DNA from: Patescibacteria group bacterium
GTDB taxonomy: Bacteria > Patescibacteriota > Minisyncoccia > Minisyncoccales > Staskawiczbacteraceae
Length of the DNA stretch: 64,000 nucleotides
Assembly: GCA_018895235.1 (NCBI GenBank)
Contig: JAHIOM010000013.1
Coordinates: 6,527 to 70,526 of the forward strand
Direction of reading: 5' to 3'
Shown: positions 18,417 to 28,281 of the stretch, in pieces
Numbering within the stretch: position 1 is the first letter of the stretch
Layout of the letters: each line of letters starts with the position of its first letter
Translations under genes and position numbers: made by a program
Notes under the pieces: model-generated
Told to the model about the DNA's origin: nothing
The model's database searches: none
What the model saw: only the letters and a program-made list of their open reading frames with translations

Positions 18417-19699
18417 TCTTGAGAAATAATTTTTTCAATATTATAAGTTCCCATTTTCTCTATCTCAACAAAACCTTGCATAGCTCCCTCTGCCAGTCTT
18501 CCTCCTTCTAATAAATCAAAAAGCCATTGGTCAGTGTATTTCAGATTCTGTTGAGCAAAGCCCGCTCCTATGTGCAAAAGCCACTTTCGATTAAAATCCT
18601 CCTGTGAACCAATCGAGGGAGCCATAATAATAGGTATGCCCAAACCGGAATAAAAAGAGAGTTCTGAAGGTTTTGTCCAAAGAATATCTGTTTTTCTCAG
18701 TTTTCGGTTGAATGTTGAAAAGTAGTTATCTATGTTGTCGCTAAAGATTATTTCAATATTTTTATTCAGTTCAGATTCTAACCCCACCTCCCTAACATTA
18801 TCTAATAGAAAATCTCTAACTGTTTTTTTAATTCCGGCAGACAAAATCATTTTTATTTCGTTATTCTTTATTTTTTTGCTTAAACTCTTTAATATTTTGC
18901 AGCACATTTCCTTCTGGGCGCCCGCCCCGCCTATGGAAAACATTATTGTCAGGGGGTGATCTGATTTTTCTGGCAGTTCTCCGACATAATCTTCAATAAC
19001 TGGATGATACATCTTAGAGTATTGTTTTTTAGGATCGAGGTTTAAAAGCCGAAAAGCCAAATCTTCTTTTACAATCTCCATATTGCGACCGATATTTTCC
19101 TTTGGCAAAGGATAACCCGTTAAATACATGTTTTTTTCTTTTACCCCATAGAGTTTTAATCTATCTTGTACCCAAGTTGAAGGAGCAAAATATTTAATAT
19201 TGCTTTTTGCGGGGTCTAAAGAAACCCAAGATCTTGCAATATCAGCATCGCAGATAACGCAGTAAATCTGGCCCGGATAATTAAGGGCCTCTGCCATAAA
19301 GGCGGGTATAAAAAAGGTGCTGACAATCGGCAGAGGATTGGCGCTTAGGGTTTTGATTAGGTTTTCACCCCAACCTCTTTTAATTAAGGAAAAAATCCTC
19401 TTTAGGTTGGCATTCGACTTAGATAGATCCCGTCTTGGATAATAACTTAAAATACGCTGGAACTTATCAAAAAGAGAGAAAGCAAAATTGCCAACCAAAG
19501 GAACCCGCTTAACATTAGAAATAAACTCATAAAATTCCCGACTTGTTTCCCAAATCAATCTATCTTTATTCGGAATTCCTTCATAGTGATTAGCTTTAAT
19601 AATATCGTTGGCGCTTAAATCTTTTAAAGGATAGGCGGTTCTTTGGTGGCCGTAACCCATATCAACGGCTATTATCCAAGCTTTGTTTTGTTTATTCAT
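18413..19699 (-). CDS. GT-B glycosyltransferase-like protein (MGDG synthase/MurG-like)
   Basis: DMGYGHQR, GGAGAQ, WTKPSEL, GSQEDFN. Confidence 0.6.
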   Translation of the reverse strand: MNKQNKAWIIAVDMGYGHQRTAYPLKDLSANDIIKANHYEGIPNKDRLIWETSREFYEFISNVKRVPLVGNFAFSLFDKFQRILSYYPRRDLSKSNANLKRIFSLIKRGWGENLIKTLSANPLPIVSTFFIPAFMAEALNYPGQIYCVICDADIARSWVSLDPAKSNIKYFAPSTWVQDRLKLYGVKEKNMYLTGYPLPKENIGRNMEIVKEDLAFRLLNLDPKKQYSKMYHPVIEDYVGELPEKSDHPLTIMFSIGGAGAQKEMCCKILKSLSKKIKNNEIKMILSAGIKKTVRDFLLDNVREVGLESELNKNIEIIFSDNIDNYFSTFNRKLRKTDILWTKPSELSFYSGLGIPIIMAPSIGSQEDFNRKWLLHIGAGFAQQNLKYTDQWLFDLLEGGRLAEGAMQGFVEIEKMGTYNIEKIISQE

Positions 19700-19734
19700 A
19701 AAAATTTAGGATTTTATTTGTGGTTTCATTCATT

Positions 19735-19799
19735 ATAATTGGCAACGAGAGAGGAGTAAAGAAGCTTGCTTGTTTACTCCGAACGAGTGAACCAATTAT
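19735..19799. repeat. ATAATT-bounded ~60-65 bp hairpin repeat, copy 1 of 7
   Basis: ATAATTGG-caacgaga-gaGGAGTAAA...TTTACTCC-gaacgagtgaa-CCAATTAT. Confidence 0.7.
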
Positions 19800-19821
19800 A
19801 TCGAATATAATTCGATATACC

Positions 19822-21324
19822 CTAATATTCAAGAAATTTTAACCTTGTCTTCTTTCTGAAACGCTTAACAATAAATGCTAATAACAGATAAAAAACTACA
19901 AGCCAAAACCAATGAATATTCTCAATTATTTTTGCGGCCCAGGGATGAGAAAAAATGTCTATTACCTTTGTAGAATAACCGATTAAAAACCAACAAGGAA
20001 AAGAAAGAACCCAACCCAAGGGCTGCCAAATTATTCCCACAGATGTAAACAAAAAACCAAAACCAATAATATAAGGGAGAAGAGGAACAATTAAGATATT
20101 AGTAAGGGGAGCAACTAAAGAGACATAGCCGAAATTATAGATTAAAATTGGGAGAGTAAAAACCTGAGCCGACAAAGTCATTGCTAAGATATTTCTAAAC
20201 TGAAAAATATTGGGAATTTTTCTAAACCAGTTTTGGAAAATTGGTAAAAGATAAATTATGCCGAGTATCGCAAGAAAAGACAACTGAAATCCAACATCTA
20301 ATCTTAAAAGTAATGGATTTTGAAGAAGCATTACTGCAGCAACAAAAACTATAATTCGAGAGGCGCTGTTCATTCTTCCTAAATATTGGGCTAAAAGAAA
20401 AAATCCACCCATAATTCCAGCCCTGATAGCTGAAGGTTGAAGGCCGGTCATAATAATAAAAAGAGAAATAATTACAATTGTTAAATAAAAAGACTGTCCC
20501 CGCCATAGACCCAGACCAATTAATAAAGTCATTAAAATACTAGTCAGAATAGCAACATGCATTCCGGAAACTGCCGTGATATGTCGAACCCCGGAAATAT
20601 TTAATTTTTCTTTCAGGGTTGTTGAAAGACGGCTTTTATCTCCTACAAGCATAGCTCCCAACAAAGAGCTTGCGGGATAAGGGAGGAATTGATTGATATT
20701 TTCTCTTATTTTCTTTTTGAATTTTAAAACCTGACCGTAACTAAACTGCCACCAGCTTGAATAATCATTTTTTTGAATAGTTTGAATATCCGGCCAATCT
20801 ATAAGAGACAAAATTCCTTTTTTGACCAAATAGTCTTTATAATTAAAATCCTCGAACTCTTGCGGCGTTTTTAAAAAACCCTTAACTATTAAATAATCGG
20901 CATAATTGTATTCCGGATATTTGTTTGTTTTGACTAAAACCTTTCCCGAGGTCGTTATTATATCTTCCCCGATTATTATTTTTTCGACATCAACTACTAG
21001 TTGAACACTGTTTTCCCTTACATCGGGCTCGGTTAAAATCTTGCCCGCCAAAATAACTTTCTGTTCGTTATATTGTTTTAAACTGCTATTTTGAATGTTA
21101 AAGTTGACTGTTTGATAGCGCAAAATTCCGAATAAAATAAAAATTAAACAAAAACTAAAAACCGCTACCAGTTTATATTTTTTAAATAAAGAAAATAAAA
21201 TTAAAAATGCGTTTAAAAATATAATCCCCCATAAATAATTATGAGGGATAGAAATTATAGAACCGATGAATATTCCTGCAATAAAACTTAAACAAAAATA
21301 AAAGAATATTTTTGAGGGGGTCAT
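19822..21324 (-). CDS. comEC: ComEC/Rec2 competence channel
   Basis: HITAVSGMHV, PSAIRA, GFQLSFLA, multiple TM segments. Confidence 0.92.
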   Translation of the reverse strand: MTPSKIFFYFCLSFIAGIFIGSIISIPHNYLWGIIFLNAFLILFSLFKKYKLVAVFSFCLIFILFGILRYQTVNFNIQNSSLKQYNEQKVILAGKILTEPDVRENSVQLVVDVEKIIIGEDIITTSGKVLVKTNKYPEYNYADYLIVKGFLKTPQEFEDFNYKDYLVKKGILSLIDWPDIQTIQKNDYSSWWQFSYGQVLKFKKKIRENINQFLPYPASSLLGAMLVGDKSRLSTTLKEKLNISGVRHITAVSGMHVAILTSILMTLLIGLGLWRGQSFYLTIVIISLFIIMTGLQPSAIRAGIMGGFFLLAQYLGRMNSASRIIVFVAAVMLLQNPLLLRLDVGFQLSFLAILGIIYLLPIFQNWFRKIPNIFQFRNILAMTLSAQVFTLPILIYNFGYVSLVAPLTNILIVPLLPYIIGFGFLFTSVGIIWQPLGWVLSFPCWFLIGYSTKVIDIFSHPWAAKIIENIHWFWLVVFYLLLAFIVKRFRKKTRLKFLEY

Positions 21325-22022
21325 TATCGAATCTTACAAGTTTTAAAAAAAGGAGAAATTTGTTTTTTTACATCTAAAAGCCACTCATCAGGGTACGGCC
21401 TTATTTTTTCAAACTTTGGGTCAATTGTTTTTTCTGGCCTAAAATTCTGTAAATAATATTTAATATTTGGTCCCCCTATCCACTTGGCGATTTTAATAAA
21501 ATCGTCTTTTGCGTTAATGCCAGGGACTGCGGTTGTCCGAAATTCAAAATCTACTTTTCTTTCTTTTAAGATTTTAGCGCTTTTCTCAATATCTGAAAGT
21601 TTTACTTTTGTGCCGAAAATCTCAGAATGTTTTTCTGGAGAACATTTAATGTCCATCGCAACATAATCTATTAACTTTTTATCAATTAAATCTTTTAACA
21701 TTTCGGGGTTTGAACCATTTGTATCTAATTTAACTAAAAATCCAAGTTTCTTTATTTTTTTAATAAACTCCGGCAAATCCTTTTGCATTGTCGGCTCTCC
21801 CCCGCAGACAACCACACCGTCTAACAAGCTCCGTCTTTCTTTTAAAAAATCAAAAAATTCTTTTTCTGATATTTTCGGTTGTTTTTTGATTTTATCTGGC
21901 AAAACAAGTTCGGAGCTATAACACCAAGGACAAAAAAAATTACAGCCACTCAGAAATACTGTGGCTGCTATTTTTCCCGGATAATCGATTAAAGTTGTCT
22001 TTTGGAGACCGCCAATTTTCAT
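21324..22022 (-). CDS. nrdG: Anaerobic ribonucleotide reductase activase (radical SAM)
   Basis: CNFFCPWC (CxxxCxxC), GGEPT, DTNGS; adjacent to nrdD. Confidence 0.9.
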   Translation of the reverse strand: MKIGGLQKTTLIDYPGKIAATVFLSGCNFFCPWCYSSELVLPDKIKKQPKISEKEFFDFLKERRSLLDGVVVCGGEPTMQKDLPEFIKKIKKLGFLVKLDTNGSNPEMLKDLIDKKLIDYVAMDIKCSPEKHSEIFGTKVKLSDIEKSAKILKERKVDFEFRTTAVPGINAKDDFIKIAKWIGGPNIKYYLQNFRPEKTIDPKFEKIRPYPDEWLLDVKKQISPFFKTCKIR

Positions 22023-24130
22023 GTTACAATTGCAGGCACTTTGTATTCTTTCCTGTCTTTATACTCCTGTTGTTTTCCTTTATGCCACTGCTGAACCGGC
22101 CTGATGTATCCCACAACTCTGGAATAAACCTCGCAAGGCTGTTTAACAAGGCATTTGGGACACTCAAAATGTTCTCCTGCTAAATAACCGTGAGAAGGAC
22201 AAATAGAAAACGTGGGAGTTAAAGTAATGTAGGGCAAATGGAATTTTTCAAAAACTTTCCTAACTAGGTTTTTTGCCGCTTCGGGCTCAGAAATCTTCTC
22301 GCCCAAAAATAGATGTAAAACTGTTCCTCCGGTATATTTCGTTTGTAATCCGTCTTGAAGTTTCAACGCTTTAAAAACATCATCCGTATAGTTTACCGGC
22401 AACTGGCTGGAATTTGTGTAATAAGGCACTTCTTTTGTCCCGGCAGTAATAATATCGGGATATTTTTTTTTATCGCTTTTCGCCTGCCTATAACTTGTCC
22501 CCTCTCCGGGGGTTGCTTCAAGATTATACAAATTGCCTGTTTCTTCCTGAAACTTTACCAGCCTGTTACGCATAAATTCTAAAACCTCAGTGGCAAATTT
22601 CCTGCCGTTAACTGTCCCGATGTCTTCTCCCAGAAAATTCAAAAGGGTTTCGTTCATGCCTATTAATCCAATAGTGGAAAAGTGATTACCAAAATAAGAG
22701 TCTCTCATTTTTTTAACGCCTTCTAAATAATGCTTTGAATAAGGATAAAGTCCCTTTTCGATAAAGTTTTCAAGCGCTTTCCTTTTAATCTCCAAACTTT
22801 CTTTCGCTAAATCCATTAAGTGTTTCAATCTTGCAAAATAATCTTTTTTGGTTTTTGATAAATAACCAATTCTCGGCATATTAATAGTAACAACGCCCAC
22901 CGAACCAGTTAGGGGTTGGGAACCGAAAAGACCGCCGCCCCGCATATACAATTCTTTATTATTCAAACGAAGCCGGCAACACATAGACCTAAAATCTTCC
23001 GGCTTCATATCCGAGTGTATAAAGTTGGAGAAATAATTGACGCCGTATTTAGCGGTTGCCTCCCAAAGCGGAGTGAGATTTGGATTATCCCATTCAAAAT
23101 CTTTTGTGATAGAAACGGTCGGTATCGGAAAAGTAAATGGCCGACCCCTTGCGTCTCCTTCCATCAAACCTTCGTAGAAGGCCTTAACAAACATATCCAT
23201 TTCCGGCTGAAAATCTCCGTAAGTTTCTTTTTGGGGTTGGCCGCCAACAATAACCGGCTGGCTTGCTAAAAATGAAGGCGATTTTATATCCAAAGAAACA
23301 TTTAAAAATGGCGTTTGAAATCCGACCCTTGTCGGCACCATACAGCTATATAAAAATTCCTGCATTACCTGTTTTAACTGCTTGTAACTTAAATTATCGT
23401 AGCGAATAAAGGGAGCTAAAAGCGTGTCAAAGTTAGACACGGCATTAGCACCGGCTGTTTCCCCCTGTAAGGTATACAAAACATTAACCAATTGTCCTAA
23501 AGCAGTTCTTAGGTGTTTTGGCGGACTGCATTCTATTTTCCCTATTACCCCACCAAAGCCTCTTTTCAAAAAATCATACAAATCCCAACCGGCACAGTAT
23601 GGAGCCAAAAGCTCCAAATTGTGAATGTGAAAATCTTCGTTAGCGGCTGCTTCTCTAATTTCTTTAGGATAAATTTTATTCAGCCAGTATTTTTTTGAGA
23701 TATAAGAACCGACGTATTGATTCAATCCCTGCAAAGAAAAGGTCATATTAGCGTTTTCCGAAATTTGCCAGTCAATTTCTTGCAAATAACTGTCAATTTT
23801 CTCGCTTGACTCGTCTACAATCTGCGTTGCTTCCCTGATTCTTCTTCTTTGTTCCCTATAAAGAATAAAGGACTTGGCTGTTTCAACAAATCCTTCCAAA
23901 ATTAAAACCTCTTCAACAATATCTTGAATCTGTTCCACTTGAGGCATCTCGTCTTTTTTAAAACGGCGGAGTAAAATCTGAACTACTTTATTGGAAAGTC
24001 GCTTGGATTTTACTCCGTCGCCTTGACCGGAAGCGGTAATGGCTTTAAAAATTGCTTCGGTAATCTTTTTCTGGTCAAACTCAACGATTCTTCCGTCTCT
24101 CTTTTGAATTTTAGTAATTTTATTTTTCAT
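22019..24130 (-). CDS. nrdD: Class III anaerobic ribonucleoside-triphosphate reductase with ATP cone
   Basis: ATP cone KRDGR, SMCCRL, C-terminal SRVVGY glycyl-radical loop. Confidence 0.93.
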   Translation of the reverse strand: MKNKITKIQKRDGRIVEFDQKKITEAIFKAITASGQGDGVKSKRLSNKVVQILLRRFKKDEMPQVEQIQDIVEEVLILEGFVETAKSFILYREQRRRIREATQIVDESSEKIDSYLQEIDWQISENANMTFSLQGLNQYVGSYISKKYWLNKIYPKEIREAAANEDFHIHNLELLAPYCAGWDLYDFLKRGFGGVIGKIECSPPKHLRTALGQLVNVLYTLQGETAGANAVSNFDTLLAPFIRYDNLSYKQLKQVMQEFLYSCMVPTRVGFQTPFLNVSLDIKSPSFLASQPVIVGGQPQKETYGDFQPEMDMFVKAFYEGLMEGDARGRPFTFPIPTVSITKDFEWDNPNLTPLWEATAKYGVNYFSNFIHSDMKPEDFRSMCCRLRLNNKELYMRGGGLFGSQPLTGSVGVVTINMPRIGYLSKTKKDYFARLKHLMDLAKESLEIKRKALENFIEKGLYPYSKHYLEGVKKMRDSYFGNHFSTIGLIGMNETLLNFLGEDIGTVNGRKFATEVLEFMRNRLVKFQEETGNLYNLEATPGEGTSYRQAKSDKKKYPDIITAGTKEVPYYTNSSQLPVNYTDDVFKALKLQDGLQTKYTGGTVLHLFLGEKISEPEAAKNLVRKVFEKFHLPYITLTPTFSICPSHGYLAGEHFECPKCLVKQPCEVYSRVVGYIRPVQQWHKGKQQEYKDRKEYKVPAIVT

Positions 24131-24246
24131 AATTTAGCAGTTCGCAACGAAAAAAAAATAACTTGTCGTGAAATTACTTAATTTTAAACTCCATAGCGAG
24201 GAAGGTCAAGCCCTGTGAATTGTTTCAAATATTTTTTAATATTTTG

Positions 24247-25173
24247 TCAAAACCCTGCCGCAATAACAGTTACCTTTATTTCTCCCTTCTTTAAGTTTTC
24301 ATCATTAATCGCGCCGAAAATTACTTGGGCTTTTTTATCTGCGGTTTTTGTAATTATTTTTGCTACTTCTGAAATTTCAGCAAGCCCTAAATCCTGACCG
24401 GATACATTAAATAAAACTCTTTTTGCTCCAGAAATCGAAGAATCAAGCAGGGGAGAATTAATGGCTTTTTGAGCCGCTTCAACAGCCCTGTTTTCTCCCT
24501 TGGCTTTACCAACACCAAATAGAGCTGTGCCTGCATTTTTCATAATTGCTAAAATTGAAGCCATATCTACAGTAACTATCCCCGGCAGTACAACCAAATC
24601 TGTAATTCCTTGAACTGCTTCTCTTAAAACTTCGTCACAAATCCAAAAAGCATTACTAACCGTTGTTTTGTTATCAACCAAGTGAAGCAGTTTATCGTTA
24701 GAAATAACCAACAAAGCATCGACTCTATCTTTTAGTTGCTCAATTGCTGAATTAGCAACTTTTCTCCGCTGCTCGCCTTCAAAAGAAAACGGCCTTGTGA
24801 CAACCGCTATAGTTAAAATGCCAAGACTTTTTGAAACCTCGGCAATAATCGGAGAGGCGCCGGAACCGGTGCCCCCACCCATACCGCAGGTAATAAAAAC
24901 CATATTCGCCTCTTTTAATAACTCTTTTATTTTCTCTTTGCTTTCTTCGGCTGCTTTCCTGCCTAAAGAAACATCCATGCCAGCCCCGAGCCCCCGCGTG
25001 ACATTTTCTCCAATTAAAACTTTCCTTTCCGCTTTACAAAAACGTAACGCTTGAGCGTCGGTATTAACAGCAATCAGATCTATCCCCTGAATACTGTCTT
25101 TTACCATCCGAGAAATTGTATTGGAGCCAGACCCTCCGACTCCAACTACTTTAATTTTTGGATTAGGTTTCAT
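24247..25173 (-). CDS. ftsZ: FtsZ, short and with divergent T7 loop
   Basis: NTDAQAL, GLGAG, GGGTGSG; ends at VTVIAAGF with no C-terminal tail. Confidence 0.88.
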   Translation of the reverse strand: MKPNPKIKVVGVGGSGSNTISRMVKDSIQGIDLIAVNTDAQALRFCKAERKVLIGENVTRGLGAGMDVSLGRKAAEESKEKIKELLKEANMVFITCGMGGGTGSGASPIIAEVSKSLGILTIAVVTRPFSFEGEQRRKVANSAIEQLKDRVDALLVISNDKLLHLVDNKTTVSNAFWICDEVLREAVQGITDLVVLPGIVTVDMASILAIMKNAGTALFGVGKAKGENRAVEAAQKAINSPLLDSSISGAKRVLFNVSGQDLGLAEISEVAKIITKTADKKAQVIFGAINDENLKKGEIKVTVIAAGF

Positions 25174-25177
25174 TAAC

Positions 25178-26410
25178 TTACGGAATAAAATTCTTGAAAA
25201 TCTTTTTTATTTTCGCCCAAACTTTCGCCCAAAATCCTCCCTTAGACAAAGAAGGATTATCTTCTCCAAAGTCAGATCCTTCCAGAACAAGACCGCAAAC
25301 CGTAGCCAAAGACGGATCTTCTTCAAGACCCATGATCCTACCTGGGATTCCTATCTCACAGGGCAATTTTAACTCCTGCTTTGCTAATTCTTTGATTTTA
25401 GGTAGTTTGGCTCCGCCGCCGGTTAAAACAACTCCGCCCGGTAATAATTGCTGACGGCCTATTTTTTTTAATTCTTTATTTATTAAATCAAAAATCTCAG
25501 AGACTCGCGGTTCAATAATATCCACTAATAATTTTTTAGGGAAAACAAGCGGAGAACTCTTGTCAAAAATCTCTATTTTTTTCCGCGACTGCGAAGCTTT
25601 ATCTTTTTTGTTTTTAGCCAAAAGGCAAGAGCCGTGTTCTTTCTTTATATTTTCCGCAATGCCGATTTCTGTCCTTAAACCAATAGCAATGTCATTGGTT
25701 ATGTTTGAGGAACCGATTGGGAAAACAGCAAAATGAATCAGTTCCCCCTCCTCAAACACTACCAAACTGGTAGTGGCTGCCCCAATATCAATCAAAGCCA
25801 CTCCTATCTCTTTTTGCTGTGGTGTTAAAACGGCCGAAGCCGCTGCTATAGGCGAAGGAATAATATCATTAATTTGAACTTTCGTATTTAAAACAGCCTG
25901 AGTCAGATTTATAAAATAAGGAGAGAAAACGCAAAGTAAAAGAGCCCTTACTTCTAATCTTACGCCGGTTAAACCGAGCGGTTCTTTTATTCCTTTTTGG
26001 TCATTAATAATAAACTCTTTCGGGAAAACATTCAGTATTTCTTCGTTAGTAGGAATATTAACGGCTCTAACGGCCTGAAGAACTCTATCAATATCTTCTT
26101 GAGAAATTTTCTGATTGGCTCTTGAAACAGAGATTATACCGTCAGAGGGCGTAATATAAAGATGGCTGCCACCGATATTTATGAAAACTGAACTTATTCT
26201 TTTATTAGATAATTTCTCAACTTCTGATAAAAGCGCCTGGACATTTTTCTCTACCTCGTCAATATTAACTACTGCTCCTTTTCTGACGCCAAAAGAAGGA
26301 ATTTGGGACTGGGCCAAAACTTCCAGCTCTTTGCCCCTCTTTTGGACAACAAGGGCTTTAATAGTGCTTGTTCCTATATCCAAGCCGGTAATAATATGAG
26401 TTCTTGCCAT
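25178..26410 (-). CDS. ftsA: Cell division protein FtsA
   Basis: GLDIGTSTIK, IDIGAATT, VLTGGGAKL. Confidence 0.93.
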   Translation of the reverse strand: MARTHIITGLDIGTSTIKALVVQKRGKELEVLAQSQIPSFGVRKGAVVNIDEVEKNVQALLSEVEKLSNKRISSVFINIGGSHLYITPSDGIISVSRANQKISQEDIDRVLQAVRAVNIPTNEEILNVFPKEFIINDQKGIKEPLGLTGVRLEVRALLLCVFSPYFINLTQAVLNTKVQINDIIPSPIAAASAVLTPQQKEIGVALIDIGAATTSLVVFEEGELIHFAVFPIGSSNITNDIAIGLRTEIGIAENIKKEHGSCLLAKNKKDKASQSRKKIEIFDKSSPLVFPKKLLVDIIEPRVSEIFDLINKELKKIGRQQLLPGGVVLTGGGAKLPKIKELAKQELKLPCEIGIPGRIMGLEEDPSLATVCGLVLEGSDFGEDNPSLSKGGFWAKVWAKIKKIFKNFIP

Positions 26411-26414
26411 AAAA

Positions 26415-26864
26415 TTAAAGGTTTATTTTAAATAGATATTTTTCTGTTTTTTTATCCATTATTTCGGCTTCCTTTTTTAATCCTTCGTGGCTATATCCTA
26501 AAAGATGTAAAATCCCGTGGATTAAAACGAAAGCTAACTCTTTTTTGAAAGCCATTTTATTTTCTTTAGCGTTTTTCTTAACTTCTTTCGGGCAGATTAC
26601 TATTTCTCCTAAAAAATCTTCTTCACACTTCCCTGTCCGCCGTAACCCGCTTTTGCTAACGAAGGCGGGGAAAGAAAGAACATCTGTCGGCTTATTTTTT
26701 TTTCTATACTTTTGGTTCAGTTTTTTTATCGCCGGCGCTTCAATCAAAACAATTGAAAGTTCTTTACCTTTTCCTGTATTTTCGCCTTTCAATACAATTT
26801 TTGCAACCCCTTTTAAAAAAACTGCGCTGACTTTTTTTTTAGTCAGATTATTAATTGATATCAT
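26415..26864 (-). CDS. ybeY: rRNA maturation RNase YbeY
   Basis: PTDVLSF, LGEIVIC, HGILHLLGYSH; carries a short palindromic insertion. Confidence 0.92.
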   Translation of the reverse strand: MISINNLTKKKVSAVFLKGVAKIVLKGENTGKGKELSIVLIEAPAIKKLNQKYRKKNKPTDVLSFPAFVSKSGLRRTGKCEEDFLGEIVICPKEVKKNAKENKMAFKKELAFVLIHGILHLLGYSHEGLKKEAEIMDKKTEKYLFKINL

Positions 26865-26894
26865 TAATCAATTTTAGCAAAATATCCTTATAAA

Positions 26895-26925
26895 TCAAAT
26901 GCCCGCCAAGTTGGCGGGCATTTGA
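26895..26925. terminator. Intrinsic terminator-like hairpin
   Basis: TCAAATGCCCGCCAA-g-TTGGCGGGCATTTGA perfect IR. Confidence 0.7.
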
Positions 26926-26948
26926 AAAAGATTTATTTTTTTTATTCA

Positions 26949-27506
26949 CTACAAACCGGCTTTTGCTCCTTTTGCCCTTTTAATAAACTCTTCTCTTAAT
27001 TGTTCTGCTATTTTTGCATCCAGACCCGGTAAACGTCCTTCAGCCCCCGCCCCCCTTACACCTCTTCCTCCATAACTAGTGCTATAGCCAGCCGTCTGAA
27101 TCTGGAGATCACTTAATCCTAAAATCCGGGCAAAAACTCCGCGATAAATATCTACATTTTGGATTCTTTCATAAGGAATAGAAATATATTTTTTCCATAT
27201 TACGCCGCATTCCTTTTTAAGGGCATCATTTGTAAGTTCATAGCCGTAATAACGATAACTCAACTTTGCCCAAATCCAGCAGAAAACAATATATAAAACT
27301 AGAAAAAAAATAGAAACGATCAAATAAACTGAGAAAAAAACCGTACCCACCCCCTCAATATTCTGATCCTTTACTCCCATCAGAGCTGAAATGAGAGCGG
27401 AAAAAAAAGAAACAAACCATATCCCAAAAAAGAGAATAAAAACAAGTCCTCCGAATAAAAATTTAAAAAAGAATAACCAAACTGCTTTAGGATGAAGTTT
27501 TTGCAT
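26949..27506 (-). CDS. Membrane protein with bacterial PH (bPH_2/YdbS-like) domain
   Basis: Two TM segments, then IPYERIQNVDI.RG...R.LGLSDLQIQTAG. Confidence 0.8.
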   Translation of the reverse strand: MQKLHPKAVWLFFFKFLFGGLVFILFFGIWFVSFFSALISALMGVKDQNIEGVGTVFFSVYLIVSIFFLVLYIVFCWIWAKLSYRYYGYELTNDALKKECGVIWKKYISIPYERIQNVDIYRGVFARILGLSDLQIQTAGYSTSYGGRGVRGAGAEGRLPGLDAKIAEQLREEFIKRAKGAKAGL

Positions 27507-27511
27507 AAGTT

Positions 27512-28012
27512 TTATTTGGGTGATAAAAGTTGTTTTACAATATTGCTTATCATACTCGCATCGGCTCGACCTTTTATTTTTAGCATTAACTCGGCCATCA
27601 CTTTTCCCATATCTTTCATTTCTTTGGCGCTGGTTTTAGTGATTGCTTGGACAACTATTTTTTTTATTTCATCTTCTGAAAGTTGCTCGGGCAAATATTT
27701 TTGTAGAATCTCTATTTCTTTTTTTTCTTTATCTGCTAATTCTAACCTGTTGCCTTTGGTATAAAGATCAACCGCATCTTTTCTTTTCTTTATTTCCGAC
27801 CCTATTATATCAATCACTTCTTCATCTATTAGTTGAGATTCTTTAATAAGGCCTTTTTCATCTAGGTCGGGTTTTTGTTTTGAAATTTTATATCTTTTTT
27901 CCTTCTCTTTCGATATAATGGCGGCAGAAAGCATTCTTAGAGTGCTTAAAACCTTCTCTTGGTTTTCCTTCATCGCCCGGGTAATTGAATTATGGATTTC
28001 TTCTTTTAACAT
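27512..28012 (-). CDS. GatB/YqeY domain protein
   Basis: EIKKRKDAV..Y..GNR.ELA.KE, YLPEQLS, KDMGKVM. Confidence 0.9.
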   Translation of the reverse strand: MLKEEIHNSITRAMKENQEKVLSTLRMLSAAIISKEKEKRYKISKQKPDLDEKGLIKESQLIDEEVIDIIGSEIKKRKDAVDLYTKGNRLELADKEKKEIEILQKYLPEQLSEDEIKKIVVQAITKTSAKEMKDMGKVMAELMLKIKGRADASMISNIVKQLLSPK

Positions 28013-28048
28013 ATTACTGAGACAAAACCCCGCAAAGAAATTGTTCTC

Positions 28049-28267
28049 CTACTGGGGTTTGCTAAGCTTTTTTGCTTTCTCATATTTTTTTCTTGATTCC
28101 TCTTTTCTTAAAGCAGATCTCTTTTTAACAAGATCGCTTTTTGCTCTTTTATGAAATTGCCTTTTCCTCGTTTCAAGCAATATTCCGCTTTGGCGAATTG
28201 TCTTTGTAAAGCGGTGAACCAAATTCTGAGAACTTTCTCTTTCTTTTTTTCTTATTTCTAAAGCCAT
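28049..28267 (-). CDS. rpsU: 30S ribosomal protein bS21-like
   Basis: Basic 72 aa, ESSQNLVHRFTK.IRQSGIL.E.RKR.F; adjacent to yqeY. Confidence 0.75.
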   Translation of the reverse strand: MALEIRKKERESSQNLVHRFTKTIRQSGILLETRKRQFHKRAKSDLVKKRSALRKEESRKKYEKAKKLSKPQ

Positions 28268-28281
28268 GGGTTAATAATTAT

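Noticed and set aside
24130-24180. Possible eighth copy of the ATAATT repeat upstream of nrdD
   Set aside because: It has ATAATTT/GAAATTA ends and an ACGA/TCGT stem but lacks the conserved internal-loop motifs; too degenerate to count.
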